Virus record (IMG/VR): IMGVR_UViG_3300021130_000224
Location: 32,001 to 96,000 of that record
Source: a virus
Strand: one strand, 5' to 3'
Length of the DNA: 64,000 bases
Both the position numbers and the translations under genes were made by a program. Shown piece by piece: positions 1 to 10,342 of this stretch. How positions within the stretch are numbered: the first letter of the stretch is position 1; each line of letters starts with the position of its first letter. The notes below the pieces were generated by a model, which searched no databases, was not told the DNA's origin, and saw nothing but the letters and a program-made list of their open reading frames with translations.

Positions 1-17
1 AAAACTAATTTGCTAAT

Positions 18-1211
18 ATGGGAAGTGCATGTAATAATTCAGTAAGTAATAATTACTTTGAAAAGCTGACACCAGACACAGGAATAGTGTATACTGGCCC
101 GACTATAACTGCCTTGGGTATTTGTACAGGAGATAGGTTAAATGAAGTAGAGGCAGTGCTTCTTCAAAAGATACTTGACTATGCTACCGGTGTGGGAATA
201 TCAATACCAAGTATTGATCTTACTACATGTACAGCTTTTACAAGCTGTATTACCTGTTGCAATAATGGTTGCACAGATCTTCCTTGTTTACTTGAATGTT
301 ACAAGACAGCTATATGTACAATATGGGGAGATGTACAAACTTTGCAGTCTCAGGTAAGTGCACTGCTTGATGGTCCTTACAATACAGGTTGCTTGACTGG
401 TCTTTCAACTAACCCAACCCTCAACCAGATCATTCAGCAGTTGATACTTCAATTCTGCACACTGCAAACACAAGTCGCCACCTTGACAACACAGGTAACT
501 AATCTTACAACAGGGCTCCCGGTGCAAATAGGAAACTTCTTGTTGAATGCCCTTACTACCTGTCAAGGTACTAATACCCTTGTAACAACTGGTGCAGGTG
601 CAAGTGCACAGATAGCATTTAAAGGATTTGTACCTATAGGTGCCATCATACCATATGCCGGACCTACAACAAATAAATTTGATTCAACAGGGCTTGGTCT
701 TGCAAATACCGATGTATGTGACTTTGCCCTCTGTAATGGTAAAAATGGTACAGTAGATATGAGGGAGCAGGTACCTGTAGGTTGTGGTGCAGGGGTAATG
801 GGTGGTAGTACACTACCCTCAAATGCCAGTGGTGCCAACTATGCATTAGGTGCTTTGGTAGGACAAGCTTCAGTAACATTGCTTTCTAACCAGTCAGGCT
901 TTCCTGGTTCTGCAATTACCATAGTTGATAATGGACATGACCATGTTTTATATTTTAATCAAAGAAATGGTAATTTTACAACAAATGGTAGCAATGGTTA
1001 TATGGATGCTACTTCTGTACCTGGTTCTAATACAGGAGGCACAGCACCATTTGTACCTGCAAATAATGTAGTATCAGGTTCAACTATTCAAGCAAAAATA
1101 AGTAAATCATATAGTAATATATCAATAAGTGCAACTGCGACAAACGCTCAACAGTCACATGAAAACAGACAGCCTTCAAGGGCATTGTTATACATTCAAA
1201 GAATAGCATAA
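18..1211 (+). CDS. Tail collar/fibre protein with Cys-rich N-terminus, coiled coil and C-terminal tail-collar domain
   Basis: Tail-collar motifs VPIGAIIPYAG...FALCNGKNGTVDMREQVPVG and C-terminal HENRQPSRALLYIQRI; heptad-like LQTQVATLTTQVTNL. Confidence 0.75.
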   Translation: MGSACNNSVSNNYFEKLTPDTGIVYTGPTITALGICTGDRLNEVEAVLLQKILDYATGVGISIPSIDLTTCTAFTSCITCCNNGCTDLPCLLECYKTAICTIWGDVQTLQSQVSALLDGPYNTGCLTGLSTNPTLNQIIQQLILQFCTLQTQVATLTTQVTNLTTGLPVQIGNFLLNALTTCQGTNTLVTTGAGASAQIAFKGFVPIGAIIPYAGPTTNKFDSTGLGLANTDVCDFALCNGKNGTVDMREQVPVGCGAGVMGGSTLPSNASGANYALGALVGQASVTLLSNQSGFPGSAITIVDNGHDHVLYFNQRNGNFTTNGSNGYMDATSVPGSNTGGTAPFVPANNVVSGSTIQAKISKSYSNISISATATNAQQSHENRQPSRALLYIQRIA

Positions 1212-1720
1212 TGAGTACTATTTGTTGTCCTCCGGGTTCCGTATATGTAGATGGGTCAGGTAATTATACTGACCCTTCACCCATTATTGGTACAGGTCAT
1301 GTTAGTAATGCAACTAGTTCAGGTGTTATTAATGCATGTAATAGATTAGTTAATATTACTCCTAATGTATCTGCAGTTGCAATACCTACTGGCAGTAGTA
1401 CAGTAAATTGTTTATGTTGTCCTTCTGGATACACATATAGCTCATATACCGGTAAATGTGTAGGATTGAGTTCTCTTGACCCTGCTGTTCCAACTGTGCC
1501 TTGTATTACTTGTGTTTGTCCTCCAGCAATTATAAATACTTGCCCTACTTGCGGAACTCAAGGACACGCAATTGTTTTTAAATTTGATTTTAATAAAAAG
1601 GCATGTTATAATTGTACACCTCAAGATAACAATGGTCCAAGTTGTCTTGATTCTTTTTTACCTCCACAGTATATTGATCCGATAATTGATTTTGAACTTA
1701 GAAATAAAAACTTTATATAA
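1211..1720 (+). CDS. Small Cys-rich putative virion protein
   Basis: 169 aa with CCPP, CLCCP, CITCVCPP and CPTC clusters; TAATG-coupled to both neighbours. Confidence 0.6.
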   Translation: MSTICCPPGSVYVDGSGNYTDPSPIIGTGHVSNATSSGVINACNRLVNITPNVSAVAIPTGSSTVNCLCCPSGYTYSSYTGKCVGLSSLDPAVPTVPCITCVCPPAIINTCPTCGTQGHAIVFKFDFNKKACYNCTPQDNNGPSCLDSFLPPQYIDPIIDFELRNKNFI

Positions 1721-3540
1721 TGGCATACGATAGCACCCTGGTAGTTTATACCAATGTACCGCTTACATATATTAATGTAACTCCGGGAATGAACCTGCAA
1801 ACAATATTGCAGAACATTAATACTGCTGTAAATACAATGAACCCTGCTCCAAATTATAGCGGTTATAATCTTGGACCGTATTATGGTTACAGTATTACAC
1901 AAACAGATGGTACATCTCATCCTACTAATACTCAAAACTTTGCTGAGGGTATAAGTAAAATTGTATGTAAAACAGAAAGTGATCTTTACACTTTTATCAA
2001 TACTACTTATCCTGCAAATCAGACAACATTAAGTAATGCAATAACAGCATTGCAAATTCCTGGTTTGACATATTCTTATACTGGTGGGGGAGGTTCAATT
2101 TCTATCACAAGTGGTATGACAAGAAACCAAGTATTAACTGCTACGTATACAGGAGTAGGTAACATACTTGCACTTTTGAATGCTCCAGGTAGTACATGGA
2201 GTACATTGTCTATATCTACTCCTACTAATATAAATACCGCATTTAACTCATTGATTGCTTATTTATCTAATCTTACAACATCACTTAGTGGATATCAAAC
2301 TGCAATAGGTACATTTGACAACTCTGCAAATTGTCTTGCAGGTACAAGTACAGATAGTGTTAGGACTACAATTAGCTCTATTATAACTTACATATGTAAT
2401 ACTTTACCTTCATTTAACGCATCATCTATAACTACAAGTTGTTTAACTACTCAAACAAGTCTTCAAAATTGGGTGCAGCAATTAGCACACGCTGTAGATG
2501 GTCTTATAAATTCAACTGTAGTAGGTGTAACAGATAGTTCATTAATTGCAACAAGTACAAGTTGTGGGGGTAAAACTTTGTCTATTAATCCTTCTTCAAG
2601 TCTTGTTACTAAAGTACTTAATAGTTCATCTGATACTACCCCAGGCTATTTAAGTAATAAAGTATCTGCAGGTTCAAATATCACTATCAGTACTCTTAAT
2701 TCAGGAGCTAATGAACAGATACAGATATCTGCAACATTGCCTACTCCTAATCAAGTTGCTGTAAACTCATCTGATATTGCTCCGGCCTTTCTACAAAATA
2801 AATTACCAACTACTGCAGGTACTTGGGGGTTATCAATAAATGTTGCACCAAGTTCTGATAATACTCAATTATATTTACAACCGCAAGTAAATGATCCATA
2901 TGCATTTATTCAAAACATGTTTAAGTATATAAGTAGTGATCCAAATTTACTTGCATTATTTTGTACTTTAGTTTCTGAGTGTAATGGCAATCAATGTTAT
3001 CCACCTACTGCACTTATTGTTACAATATCTGGATCTACATTTAATTTATCTTGGACATATGGTGCAAATAATACATCACAGATTGTAGGCTACAGACAGA
3101 GAGGTAATGTTGATTTTATAACAAATGCAAATATTACATCTGCTAATCCGCAGTCTTCTACTACTAATAGTGCAAGTGTTACTGGTCTTAATAACAATAC
3201 TGTTTATCAGTTCCAAATAACTTCCATTTGTACATCAAGTAATAGTCTTAGTAATATATATGAGTCTGTAATATTCTCTCAGCAAAGTATTACAGATGGT
3301 GTAAACGCTGGAGTAATATCTGTAAATCAGGCACCAATGCCTACTGTAAATACAATAACTTATACTTTATATTCTGGACAATCTCCTGTGCAAACTGTAT
3401 ATGGTACAGGAATAAATCCTGTTGCTAAATTTGCAGCAGTTAGTTCAGGTAACTATACAGTTAAATATAGTTATACAACATTGGTAAATGGCATAAATGT
3501 AACCAGTTCAACTTATACATCAGGTACTATAACAGTATAA
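1720..3540 (+). CDS. Ser/Thr/Asn-rich tail-associated protein with a C-terminal fibronectin type III-like domain
   Basis: FNLSWT...VGYRQRG...ASVTGLNNNTVYQFQITSIC matches the FN3 pattern; lies in the tail gene cluster. Confidence 0.65.
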   Translation: MAYDSTLVVYTNVPLTYINVTPGMNLQTILQNINTAVNTMNPAPNYSGYNLGPYYGYSITQTDGTSHPTNTQNFAEGISKIVCKTESDLYTFINTTYPANQTTLSNAITALQIPGLTYSYTGGGGSISITSGMTRNQVLTATYTGVGNILALLNAPGSTWSTLSISTPTNINTAFNSLIAYLSNLTTSLSGYQTAIGTFDNSANCLAGTSTDSVRTTISSIITYICNTLPSFNASSITTSCLTTQTSLQNWVQQLAHAVDGLINSTVVGVTDSSLIATSTSCGGKTLSINPSSSLVTKVLNSSSDTTPGYLSNKVSAGSNITISTLNSGANEQIQISATLPTPNQVAVNSSDIAPAFLQNKLPTTAGTWGLSINVAPSSDNTQLYLQPQVNDPYAFIQNMFKYISSDPNLLALFCTLVSECNGNQCYPPTALIVTISGSTFNLSWTYGANNTSQIVGYRQRGNVDFITNANITSANPQSSTTNSASVTGLNNNTVYQFQITSICTSSNSLSNIYESVIFSQQSITDGVNAGVISVNQAPMPTVNTITYTLYSGQSPVQTVYGTGINPVAKFAAVSSGNYTVKYSYTTLVNGINVTSSTYTSGTITV

Positions 3541-3542
3541 CC

Positions 3543-5906
3543 ATGAGTGCAGGAATATCTAAAGGATTATGGAACGCCCAATTGAACTTACCCTTTTTAA
3601 TAGATGGAGTAGGTAACCCTGGTGATTTTTATAATGTAGATGTTGCCGGTTATCAGAATACAGGATCAGGAATGAATTTGTATTCTTATGGTGGTATTGT
3701 TGTAATGGACGCTTTAAATAAATGGATACCTGAACCCGGAGCAAATCAAAATTGTAGTATTGTTACATCTGTTGCATCAGATGGTACTATTAATGTTTCA
3801 CCAAATACAGGCGATGTAATTGTATCGTTACCTAATACTGGTGTAGCTGCAGGATCTTATACAAATACATCAATTACTGTTGATGCTCAAGGTAGAATAA
3901 CTGCAGCATCAACTGGTACAGGAGGGGGCATTTCATCTATTACTGTATCATTGCCTTTATCATCTACAGGTGGCAGTAACCCAAATATATCCATAAGTCA
4001 AGCAGGAACAAGTACAGATGGTTATTTAAGTGCTAGTGATTGGAATATTTTTACAAATAAACAAAATGCAATAACTCTTACCACAACAGGTAATTCGGGT
4101 AATGCAACTTTTGTAAGCAATACTTTAAATATTCCTAATTATACAGCATCTGGTATAGGTGCTGTTCCCACTACAAGACAGATAACTATAAACGGTACTT
4201 CTTATGATTTATCTGCTGATAGATCATGGTCAGTAGGTACAATAGCATCTTTAAATGGTCTTACAGGATCAACTCAAACATTTGTAAATGATACAAATGT
4301 AACTATTGTTTCTACTGGTACTACTCACACTTTGACATGGAGTGGTACACTATCCGATTCAAGAATATCTTCTGCATCTACTTGGAACGCTAAACAATCT
4401 GCACTTTCAGGAACAGGTATAGTTAAATCTACATCGGGAACTATTTCTTATATATCAGGTACATCATCTCAATTTGTGAAAGGAGATGGCTCATTAGATT
4501 CTACTTCATATGGCACAGTTGCATCAGTATCTGGTACAGCTAATAGAATCACATCTACTGGTGGAGCTAACCCAGTAATAGACATAGCTTCTACATATGT
4601 AGGACAAGCATCTATTACTACTCTTGGTAATATCTCAACAGGTGTATGGGGAGCCACTTCTATATCTGCTATTAAAGGTGGCACAGGCTTAAGTATCTAT
4701 ACTACTGGTGATATGATTTATGCTAATACCGCTACATCATTTACTAAAGTAGGAATAGGTTCTAATGGACAAATATGGACAGTTGTAAGTGGAGTTCCTG
4801 CATGGTTAACGCCAATAATACCCACTCTGGATCAGATACTAACATCCGGAGCTATATCTACTACTACTATTAAGATACAAGATAGTTTAATTACTCCAGT
4901 CTCAGCTACTTGGCAAACTCAAAGCTCTTTTGTTGTAAGCTATAACGGAGCAACATTATCAGGTCTATCTTATGGTGGAGGAGGTACATATGGGATAATA
5001 CAAGTAGGTGACGGTACTCATAATATAACTATTCAACCTACTACTCTTACAAATAGTTGGATACAAACCTTACCAAACAAATCAGGTACATTTGCAATGT
5101 TATCTGATATTACATCAGGTACAGTAACTTCTGTAGGTTTAACTTCATCTGATATAACTGTTACAGGTACATCTCCAATTACTACATCCGGCTCCTGGTC
5201 ATTGTCTTTACCAGTAGTCAACAGTAATGTTGGTACATACAACAATGTAACAGTTAATGCCAAAGGCCAAGTTACTGCAGCAAGCAATGTATCATATCTT
5301 ACTACGGCTATAACATCACTTAATGGTCTTACTGCAGCAACTCAAACATTATCAAGTACTGATCTTAATATAACTTCATCAACAAGTACTCACAGTTTTG
5401 CTATAGCCAATAATGCTGTTACTTATGCTAAAATGCAAGCTGTATCGGCAACATCTAAATTACTTGGTAGTTCATCAACTAGTACACCTGTACAGGAAAT
5501 AACATTAGGTACTGGTATTAGTATGTCAGGTACTACTTTATCTGCTACTGGTTCAGGAGGTTCTTTAGGTATTACATTAAGTGGCAGTGGTGGTACTATT
5601 ACAACTGGATCAAAAGGTTACGCAAGAATGCCAAGGGCCGGCACAATAACAAGCTGGACATTGGTTGGTGACCAGGCATCTGGTTCAATAGTAGTTGATG
5701 TAAAAAGATCAACGTATGCAGGATTTCCTACAACAACCTCTATTGCCGGTACTGATTTACCTACAATATCATCTGCCCAAAAAGCAACTGATTCTACTTT
5801 GACAGGATGGGGATCTACTTCACTTGCTCAAGGTGACATAATAGAGTTTGTAGTAAACTCTTGCACAGCATTTACTTTTATAACACTTTCAATATCTTAT
5901 TCATAA
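3543..5906 (+). CDS. Tail fibre protein
   Basis: Thr/Ser/Gly-rich with fibre-type repeats (ITVDAQGRITAAS / VTVNAKGQVTAAS; SLNGLTGSTQT / SLNGLTAATQT; ITINGTSYDLSADRSW). Confidence 0.75.
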   Translation: MSAGISKGLWNAQLNLPFLIDGVGNPGDFYNVDVAGYQNTGSGMNLYSYGGIVVMDALNKWIPEPGANQNCSIVTSVASDGTINVSPNTGDVIVSLPNTGVAAGSYTNTSITVDAQGRITAASTGTGGGISSITVSLPLSSTGGSNPNISISQAGTSTDGYLSASDWNIFTNKQNAITLTTTGNSGNATFVSNTLNIPNYTASGIGAVPTTRQITINGTSYDLSADRSWSVGTIASLNGLTGSTQTFVNDTNVTIVSTGTTHTLTWSGTLSDSRISSASTWNAKQSALSGTGIVKSTSGTISYISGTSSQFVKGDGSLDSTSYGTVASVSGTANRITSTGGANPVIDIASTYVGQASITTLGNISTGVWGATSISAIKGGTGLSIYTTGDMIYANTATSFTKVGIGSNGQIWTVVSGVPAWLTPIIPTLDQILTSGAISTTTIKIQDSLITPVSATWQTQSSFVVSYNGATLSGLSYGGGGTYGIIQVGDGTHNITIQPTTLTNSWIQTLPNKSGTFAMLSDITSGTVTSVGLTSSDITVTGTSPITTSGSWSLSLPVVNSNVGTYNNVTVNAKGQVTAASNVSYLTTAITSLNGLTAATQTLSSTDLNITSSTSTHSFAIANNAVTYAKMQAVSATSKLLGSSSTSTPVQEITLGTGISMSGTTLSATGSGGSLGITLSGSGGTITTGSKGYARMPRAGTITSWTLVGDQASGSIVVDVKRSTYAGFPTTTSIAGTDLPTISSAQKATDSTLTGWGSTSLAQGDIIEFVVNSCTAFTFITLSISYS

Positions 5907-6145
5907 TGACTTACAAAATACTTAGCGTATCTCAAATACAAGATACAATTACTACAACAGTAGAAATCACTTTATCAACAGGTGTAGAAACTATTGATAT
6001 TATTCATTTCAGACCAAGTTCTGTTGAAGAAATTAACCAAAATGTACAAAACAGATTATTGTCGGAACAATCAAAAATAGATGCTATTAAAACAGTATCT
6101 AATTTAATTACAACAATACCTGTAGGGGAAACAGTAACAATATAA
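5906..6145 (+). CDS. Small hypothetical protein (possible fibre assembly chaperone)
   Basis: Start reassigned to the ATG at 5906, which overlaps the upstream TAA (TAATG); sits between two fibre/spike genes. Confidence 0.55.
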   Translation: MTYKILSVSQIQDTITTTVEITLSTGVETIDIIHFRPSSVEEINQNVQNRLLSEQSKIDAIKTVSNLITTIPVGETVTI

Positions 6146-6149
6146 TTAA

Positions 6150-7745
6150 ATGGCAACTTATTACTTTAGAAACTCAGGTAACTCTGCTTGGTCAACAGCT
6201 ACAAACTGGAGCTTGACAAGTGGAGGAGGTGCAACCGGAGCAGTACCTACTTCTACAGATAATGCTATACTAGATGCCAATTCAGGTGCTTGTACTATCA
6301 GTAGTACCAGTGTATGTAAAACACTTAATACTACAGGATATACTAGTACTTTAACATTAAATGCAGGTATAAACGTATCTGGTAATATTACTATTGGAGT
6401 AAATACACTTTGGTCTGGTACAGGTACTTTAGCTTGTTATGGTGATGCATCGACACATACTGCTACTATAACATCTAATGCAAACATAATAGGTGTGCCA
6501 TTTCAATTTTATTGTAATGGTTCAAGTTCTACTTTTACATTAAGTGGTGATTTAACAGTAAACGCTCTTGTATCAACTTCAGCATCTACTGGAGCATTAA
6601 CTACTACTATAAATAGCGGTAATATATTTTGTAAAACATCCTTTTATCTTCATGTAGCTAATGGAACAACTTGTACTACAACAGGTACAGCAGTCATTCA
6701 ATTAGTAGGTACCGGAACATTAACAAGTGGAAGCGGTACATTACAGAATAATCTTATAATCAATACATCTGGTGTAATAACTTGGAGTGGATATGCAGGT
6801 ACATTAACTTATAATACAGGTACTATAACATATATAGCAGGTACTGTAACAGGTACAACTAACTCTACACTGGCTATGACTGGTGCTACTACATTAGATC
6901 TTAATAATGGTGGATTAGGGAATTATTTGAATTTAAAACTTTCTTTTGCTAGTTCATCAACTATAACATTAATAAGTAATGCATATACTTCATTAGGTGT
7001 TCAAAATGCTAATAGTGCTATTTGTGTAGTTAATGGTTATGGTATTTATATATCAGGAGGTACTCTTCAGTATTATAGTATGAGTGGTACTACTACTTTT
7101 TATATAAAAGGTACATGTACCATGAATACAAGTGCTGGTGGACTACAGAATAGTGTAGTATTTGATGCAGGTGCAAATACTATAACATTAGGTACAAATT
7201 CATATTCTACTGGAACTATAACCTATACATCAGGTGTAATAAGCTCCACAGGTACTTTTACTATAACTGGAACAACAACACTTAATACTACAGGTATGAC
7301 CTGGGGTACTATGACAATAAACTCTGGAACAATAACATTAAACTCTTTATTATCAGTAACTACTTTTAATATAGGTAACTCTAACCAGACAGTAACATTT
7401 GCAGGCTCTGCTGGGTATAATATAGGTACACTTAATATGCAAACAGGTTTTAGTATGAGTATGATACTTTCTACAGGTATTACATATACAGTAAGTACTT
7501 CTTTAAATTTACTTACATCTTCAATAGCAAACCCTAATATTATCAAATCAGGTACTCCTGGTACTAAAGCTACTTTTATTCTTTCTAGTGGGGCTACACA
7601 AAGTAGTCATTATATTACAGTAACGGATATAGATAGTTCAGCAGGACAAACTATATGGGTATGGAAACCCACACTTTCAAATACTTTAAACTGGAATACT
7701 TTAACTAATGCAGCTATGCAATTTTCATCAACTTTTGTAAATTAA
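6150..7745 (+). CDS. Beta-helix/solenoid-like tail spike or adhesin
   Basis: Starts with YYF...WSTATNWSLTSGG..GAVPTSTDNAILDANSG, followed by repetitive T/G/N-rich beta strands. Confidence 0.6.
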   Translation: MATYYFRNSGNSAWSTATNWSLTSGGGATGAVPTSTDNAILDANSGACTISSTSVCKTLNTTGYTSTLTLNAGINVSGNITIGVNTLWSGTGTLACYGDASTHTATITSNANIIGVPFQFYCNGSSSTFTLSGDLTVNALVSTSASTGALTTTINSGNIFCKTSFYLHVANGTTCTTTGTAVIQLVGTGTLTSGSGTLQNNLIINTSGVITWSGYAGTLTYNTGTITYIAGTVTGTTNSTLAMTGATTLDLNNGGLGNYLNLKLSFASSSTITLISNAYTSLGVQNANSAICVVNGYGIYISGGTLQYYSMSGTTTFYIKGTCTMNTSAGGLQNSVVFDAGANTITLGTNSYSTGTITYTSGVISSTGTFTITGTTTLNTTGMTWGTMTINSGTITLNSLLSVTTFNIGNSNQTVTFAGSAGYNIGTLNMQTGFSMSMILSTGITYTVSTSLNLLTSSIANPNIIKSGTPGTKATFILSSGATQSSHYITVTDIDSSAGQTIWVWKPTLSNTLNWNTLTNAAMQFSSTFVN

Positions 7746-7755
7746 TAATAATAAT

Positions 7756-8043
7756 ATGAATACTGAAAAAATAAAAGAGCTGTTTAAATTTTCATGGTCA
7801 CAAGCTTTTAGTGACAGTAATGGAAAATCGAGTATTTTACCTATGGCAGGTGCATATATTGTATTAGTAGGAGGACTTGGTTTTCTTTATGGTGGAGTGA
7901 CTAAAGATACTAATCTTATAACTCAATCAGTTATTATGACTGGTATAGGTGCCGGTATTTTAATGGGTCGCAAAATTGTAAATGGTAAACCCGAAGATCT
8001 TCCTTTTATGGATCAAGGTAATGACAAACCTAACCAGTCTTGA
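7756..8043 (+). CDS. Holin-like membrane protein with 2 predicted TM helices
   Basis: 95 aa; hydrophobic segments AGAYIVLVGGLGFLYGGV and LITQSVIMTGIGAGILMG; charged C-terminus. Confidence 0.5.
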   Translation: MNTEKIKELFKFSWSQAFSDSNGKSSILPMAGAYIVLVGGLGFLYGGVTKDTNLITQSVIMTGIGAGILMGRKIVNGKPEDLPFMDQGNDKPNQS

Positions 8044-8100
8044 TAGGTTATTTGTTTCTGACCTAACCTAAGTGATTAATTTGTATCTTAATTTTGTACT

Positions 8101-8859
8101 ATGCAGAAAGCATCTAATAGAGAAGCCATCAGTAAGGTCAGGGGTTTATTTAAGCTCCAGAATACGGATACGTATTCTAACATTACTGACCGGCTAATTC
8201 TTAGTGAATTACAGAGCACTGCTTTAAAGTTTATCAAACAAACTACTGATAGACGTAAACTTTGGAACTCTCCAAACATATTCAAAGTAATTCCTTGTTT
8301 ACTGCTTGAGCAAGTCCCTCTATCAGAATGTGCACCTTATGTTGGAAAATGTACAGTTGCAAGATCTGTAGTTAAACTACCAAAGATTGCTGAAGGTACT
8401 AACTTCGGAATGCTTATTCAGGGGATATACTCTGTTGACATGGTATCAAGGAGATTCATTGAAAGTACCCCTGACAGGTATGTAAACAGCTTACAGTTAG
8501 GTTTAAAGAACAGCCAGATACATTTTTGGATACAGGAAGGATACCTGTATGTAGGAGATGATAAGATTGAAAGGGTTAAGATATCAGCCTATTTTGAAGA
8601 AGATATTCCTGAGACACTGATACCTTATCCTTCTTATTGTGGAACATCATTAGGTAAAGGTTGCTGTCCTGCTTCTGATCAAATAGCAACTATCAATGAC
8701 ATGAAGTTTTGCTGTCCTCCCAATCCTTACGATGAAGAGTTTGCTTGTCCTGGTTACATGGTAGATGATGTAATTAATACAGTTGCACAAAGATTACTCA
8801 ATACATATAAACGATCAGCAGCAGATCAAGGTACAGATGGTAGAGACGAAACAAAATAA
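8101..8859 (+). CDS. crAss-like tail ring/adaptor protein
   Basis: Directly upstream of the IHF-like, tubular and muzzle genes; composition and C-terminal pattern (PYDEEFACPGYMVDDVI) resemble crAss ring proteins. Confidence 0.55.
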   Translation: MQKASNREAISKVRGLFKLQNTDTYSNITDRLILSELQSTALKFIKQTTDRRKLWNSPNIFKVIPCLLLEQVPLSECAPYVGKCTVARSVVKLPKIAEGTNFGMLIQGIYSVDMVSRRFIESTPDRYVNSLQLGLKNSQIHFWIQEGYLYVGDDKIERVKISAYFEEDIPETLIPYPSYCGTSLGKGCCPASDQIATINDMKFCCPPNPYDEEFACPGYMVDDVINTVAQRLLNTYKRSAADQGTDGRDETK

Positions 8860-9412
8860 AAGGTACGAGGGCTTGTCTGAAGCATACAGACCAAATCCTC
8901 TTTCATACGATATTGTTACAGGAAGTGTAGCAATGTTTAAGGAGTTCAAAAAACTGAACCCACAACTAAATATCGACAACAAGCAGTACAAACAAGTAAT
9001 TGAGCAAATTAACTTGTACTACATAAAACATCTTCTTGATACCGGAAATATGGTCTTTATACCAAATGGTTTAGGAAAAATGATGATTCAAAAGAATCAA
9101 CGGAAACTAAAGCCTACAAAAGACGGATCCTCTAAATATCTCAGAGCCCCAATTAATTGGCCGGAAAGTTACAAGCAAGGAAAAATTATATATTATTTGA
9201 ATGAAAGTACCGATGGTTTTACGTATCGGTACTTGTGGCTTAAAAAAGCTTCATACATTGAAAAGAGCAGCATGTGGTTATTGGTCATGACAAAAGAGGC
9301 CAAGCGATTACTGAAGGAACGAATTGAGAGTACTGAGAAAGATTACAAAAGTTTATACAAAGAGCTATTGTCGAAGAAAACAAATATATTCATTAATAAC
9401 GCAATGAAGTAA
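8837..9412 (+). CDS. IHF/HU-like protein of the crAss tail module
   Basis: LLDTGNMVFIPNGLGKMMIQK resembles the IHF/HU strand; PINW...IYYLNESTDGFTYRYLW; typical crAss order IHF-tubular-stabilisation. Start moved to the ATG at 8837. Confidence 0.6.
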   Translation: MVETKQNKRYEGLSEAYRPNPLSYDIVTGSVAMFKEFKKLNPQLNIDNKQYKQVIEQINLYYIKHLLDTGNMVFIPNGLGKMMIQKNQRKLKPTKDGSSKYLRAPINWPESYKQGKIIYYLNESTDGFTYRYLWLKKASYIEKSSMWLLVMTKEAKRLLKERIESTEKDYKSLYKELLSKKTNIFINNAMK

Positions 9413-9413
9413 A

Positions 9414-10340
9414 ATGAAAGACAAACTGATATCGCCGGCCAGAGTATATGCCAGAGTTAAAGAAGAGATGAGATCTTACTTTAACACCGGGGCTATTGAT
9501 GACTTGCTCTTCCCAATCTGGACAAAGGATTGTATAAATAAATTTGAGAATACATATCTTCCACTAAAAGAAGCTGTAATGGATATGCACCACCATAAGT
9601 GCACACTTCCTTGCGACTTCAAAGCAGTGAGAGAAGTATGGATGACTTTTACTTACGACAAAGGTCCTGTCACATCTCCTCATGTTTTCTATTACCAGAC
9701 TGACTGCCGTATCAATCCTGCACCTGCTCCAGGTGAAATTTGTGAAGATTGTGTACCAGGGTATCAGTGCATGGCTCCTTCTCAAACACCTACACCTGTA
9801 GCATTACCATCTCTTTGTGGTGTGCCGCCAGAGTATGTAGTAACACATAAGGTAATGGAGCAGATGATGTTTCGTTTCCATGTTACAGGGATGCTGAAAC
9901 CAGGTAATTTTAAAACTATTGGTAAGTGTGCAAATGACTCTCCCAACCTTGATGCATATTGCATTGATACATTTGATATTGTGGGTGACAAACTTGTTAC
10001 CTCTTTTGCTCAAGGTACTGTATACATGGCATACTTTGCTGAGAATGAAATAGTACCAGAAGATGAAGGTCCTGATGCTGGTTACTATATGATACCAGAT
10101 AATGACCCATTTGAAAAGTATCTTATTGCATATTTAAGGTACATGGTTTACCAGCAATTATTTGATCAGAGCACAGATGAAAGCTTTAATCAGATAAAAG
10201 CAAAAAGAGATGATGCAGAGGATAAGATGTGGCATGCTTATACAAATGCAAAAGCCTATGCTGTCAACCAAGATATCTACTCAGTTGAAAGAGCAATAGT
10301 AAGAAGTTATAACAAAAACAATAGGTTCAGAATCAGGTAG
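9414..10340 (+). CDS. Tail tubular/ring protein (P22 gp4-like, crAss Ttub)
   Basis: Size, position immediately before the large stabilisation protein, and motifs TLPCDF and YYMIPDNDPFEKYLIAY. Confidence 0.6.
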   Translation: MKDKLISPARVYARVKEEMRSYFNTGAIDDLLFPIWTKDCINKFENTYLPLKEAVMDMHHHKCTLPCDFKAVREVWMTFTYDKGPVTSPHVFYYQTDCRINPAPAPGEICEDCVPGYQCMAPSQTPTPVALPSLCGVPPEYVVTHKVMEQMMFRFHVTGMLKPGNFKTIGKCANDSPNLDAYCIDTFDIVGDKLVTSFAQGTVYMAYFAENEIVPEDEGPDAGYYMIPDNDPFEKYLIAYLRYMVYQQLFDQSTDESFNQIKAKRDDAEDKMWHAYTNAKAYAVNQDIYSVERAIVRSYNKNNRFRIR

Positions 10341-10342
10341 TT

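Noticed and set aside
18-7745. Diversity-generating retroelement targeting the tail fibres
   Set aside because: No reverse transcriptase and no adenine-variant template/variable repeat pair was seen in this window.
8029-8053. Similarity between cctaaccagtcttgataggttattt (8029) and cctaaccaaatctgatagtattt (21411) at two gene ends
   Set aside because: Only two gapped, AT-rich copies; this cannot be distinguished from chance without more sequence.
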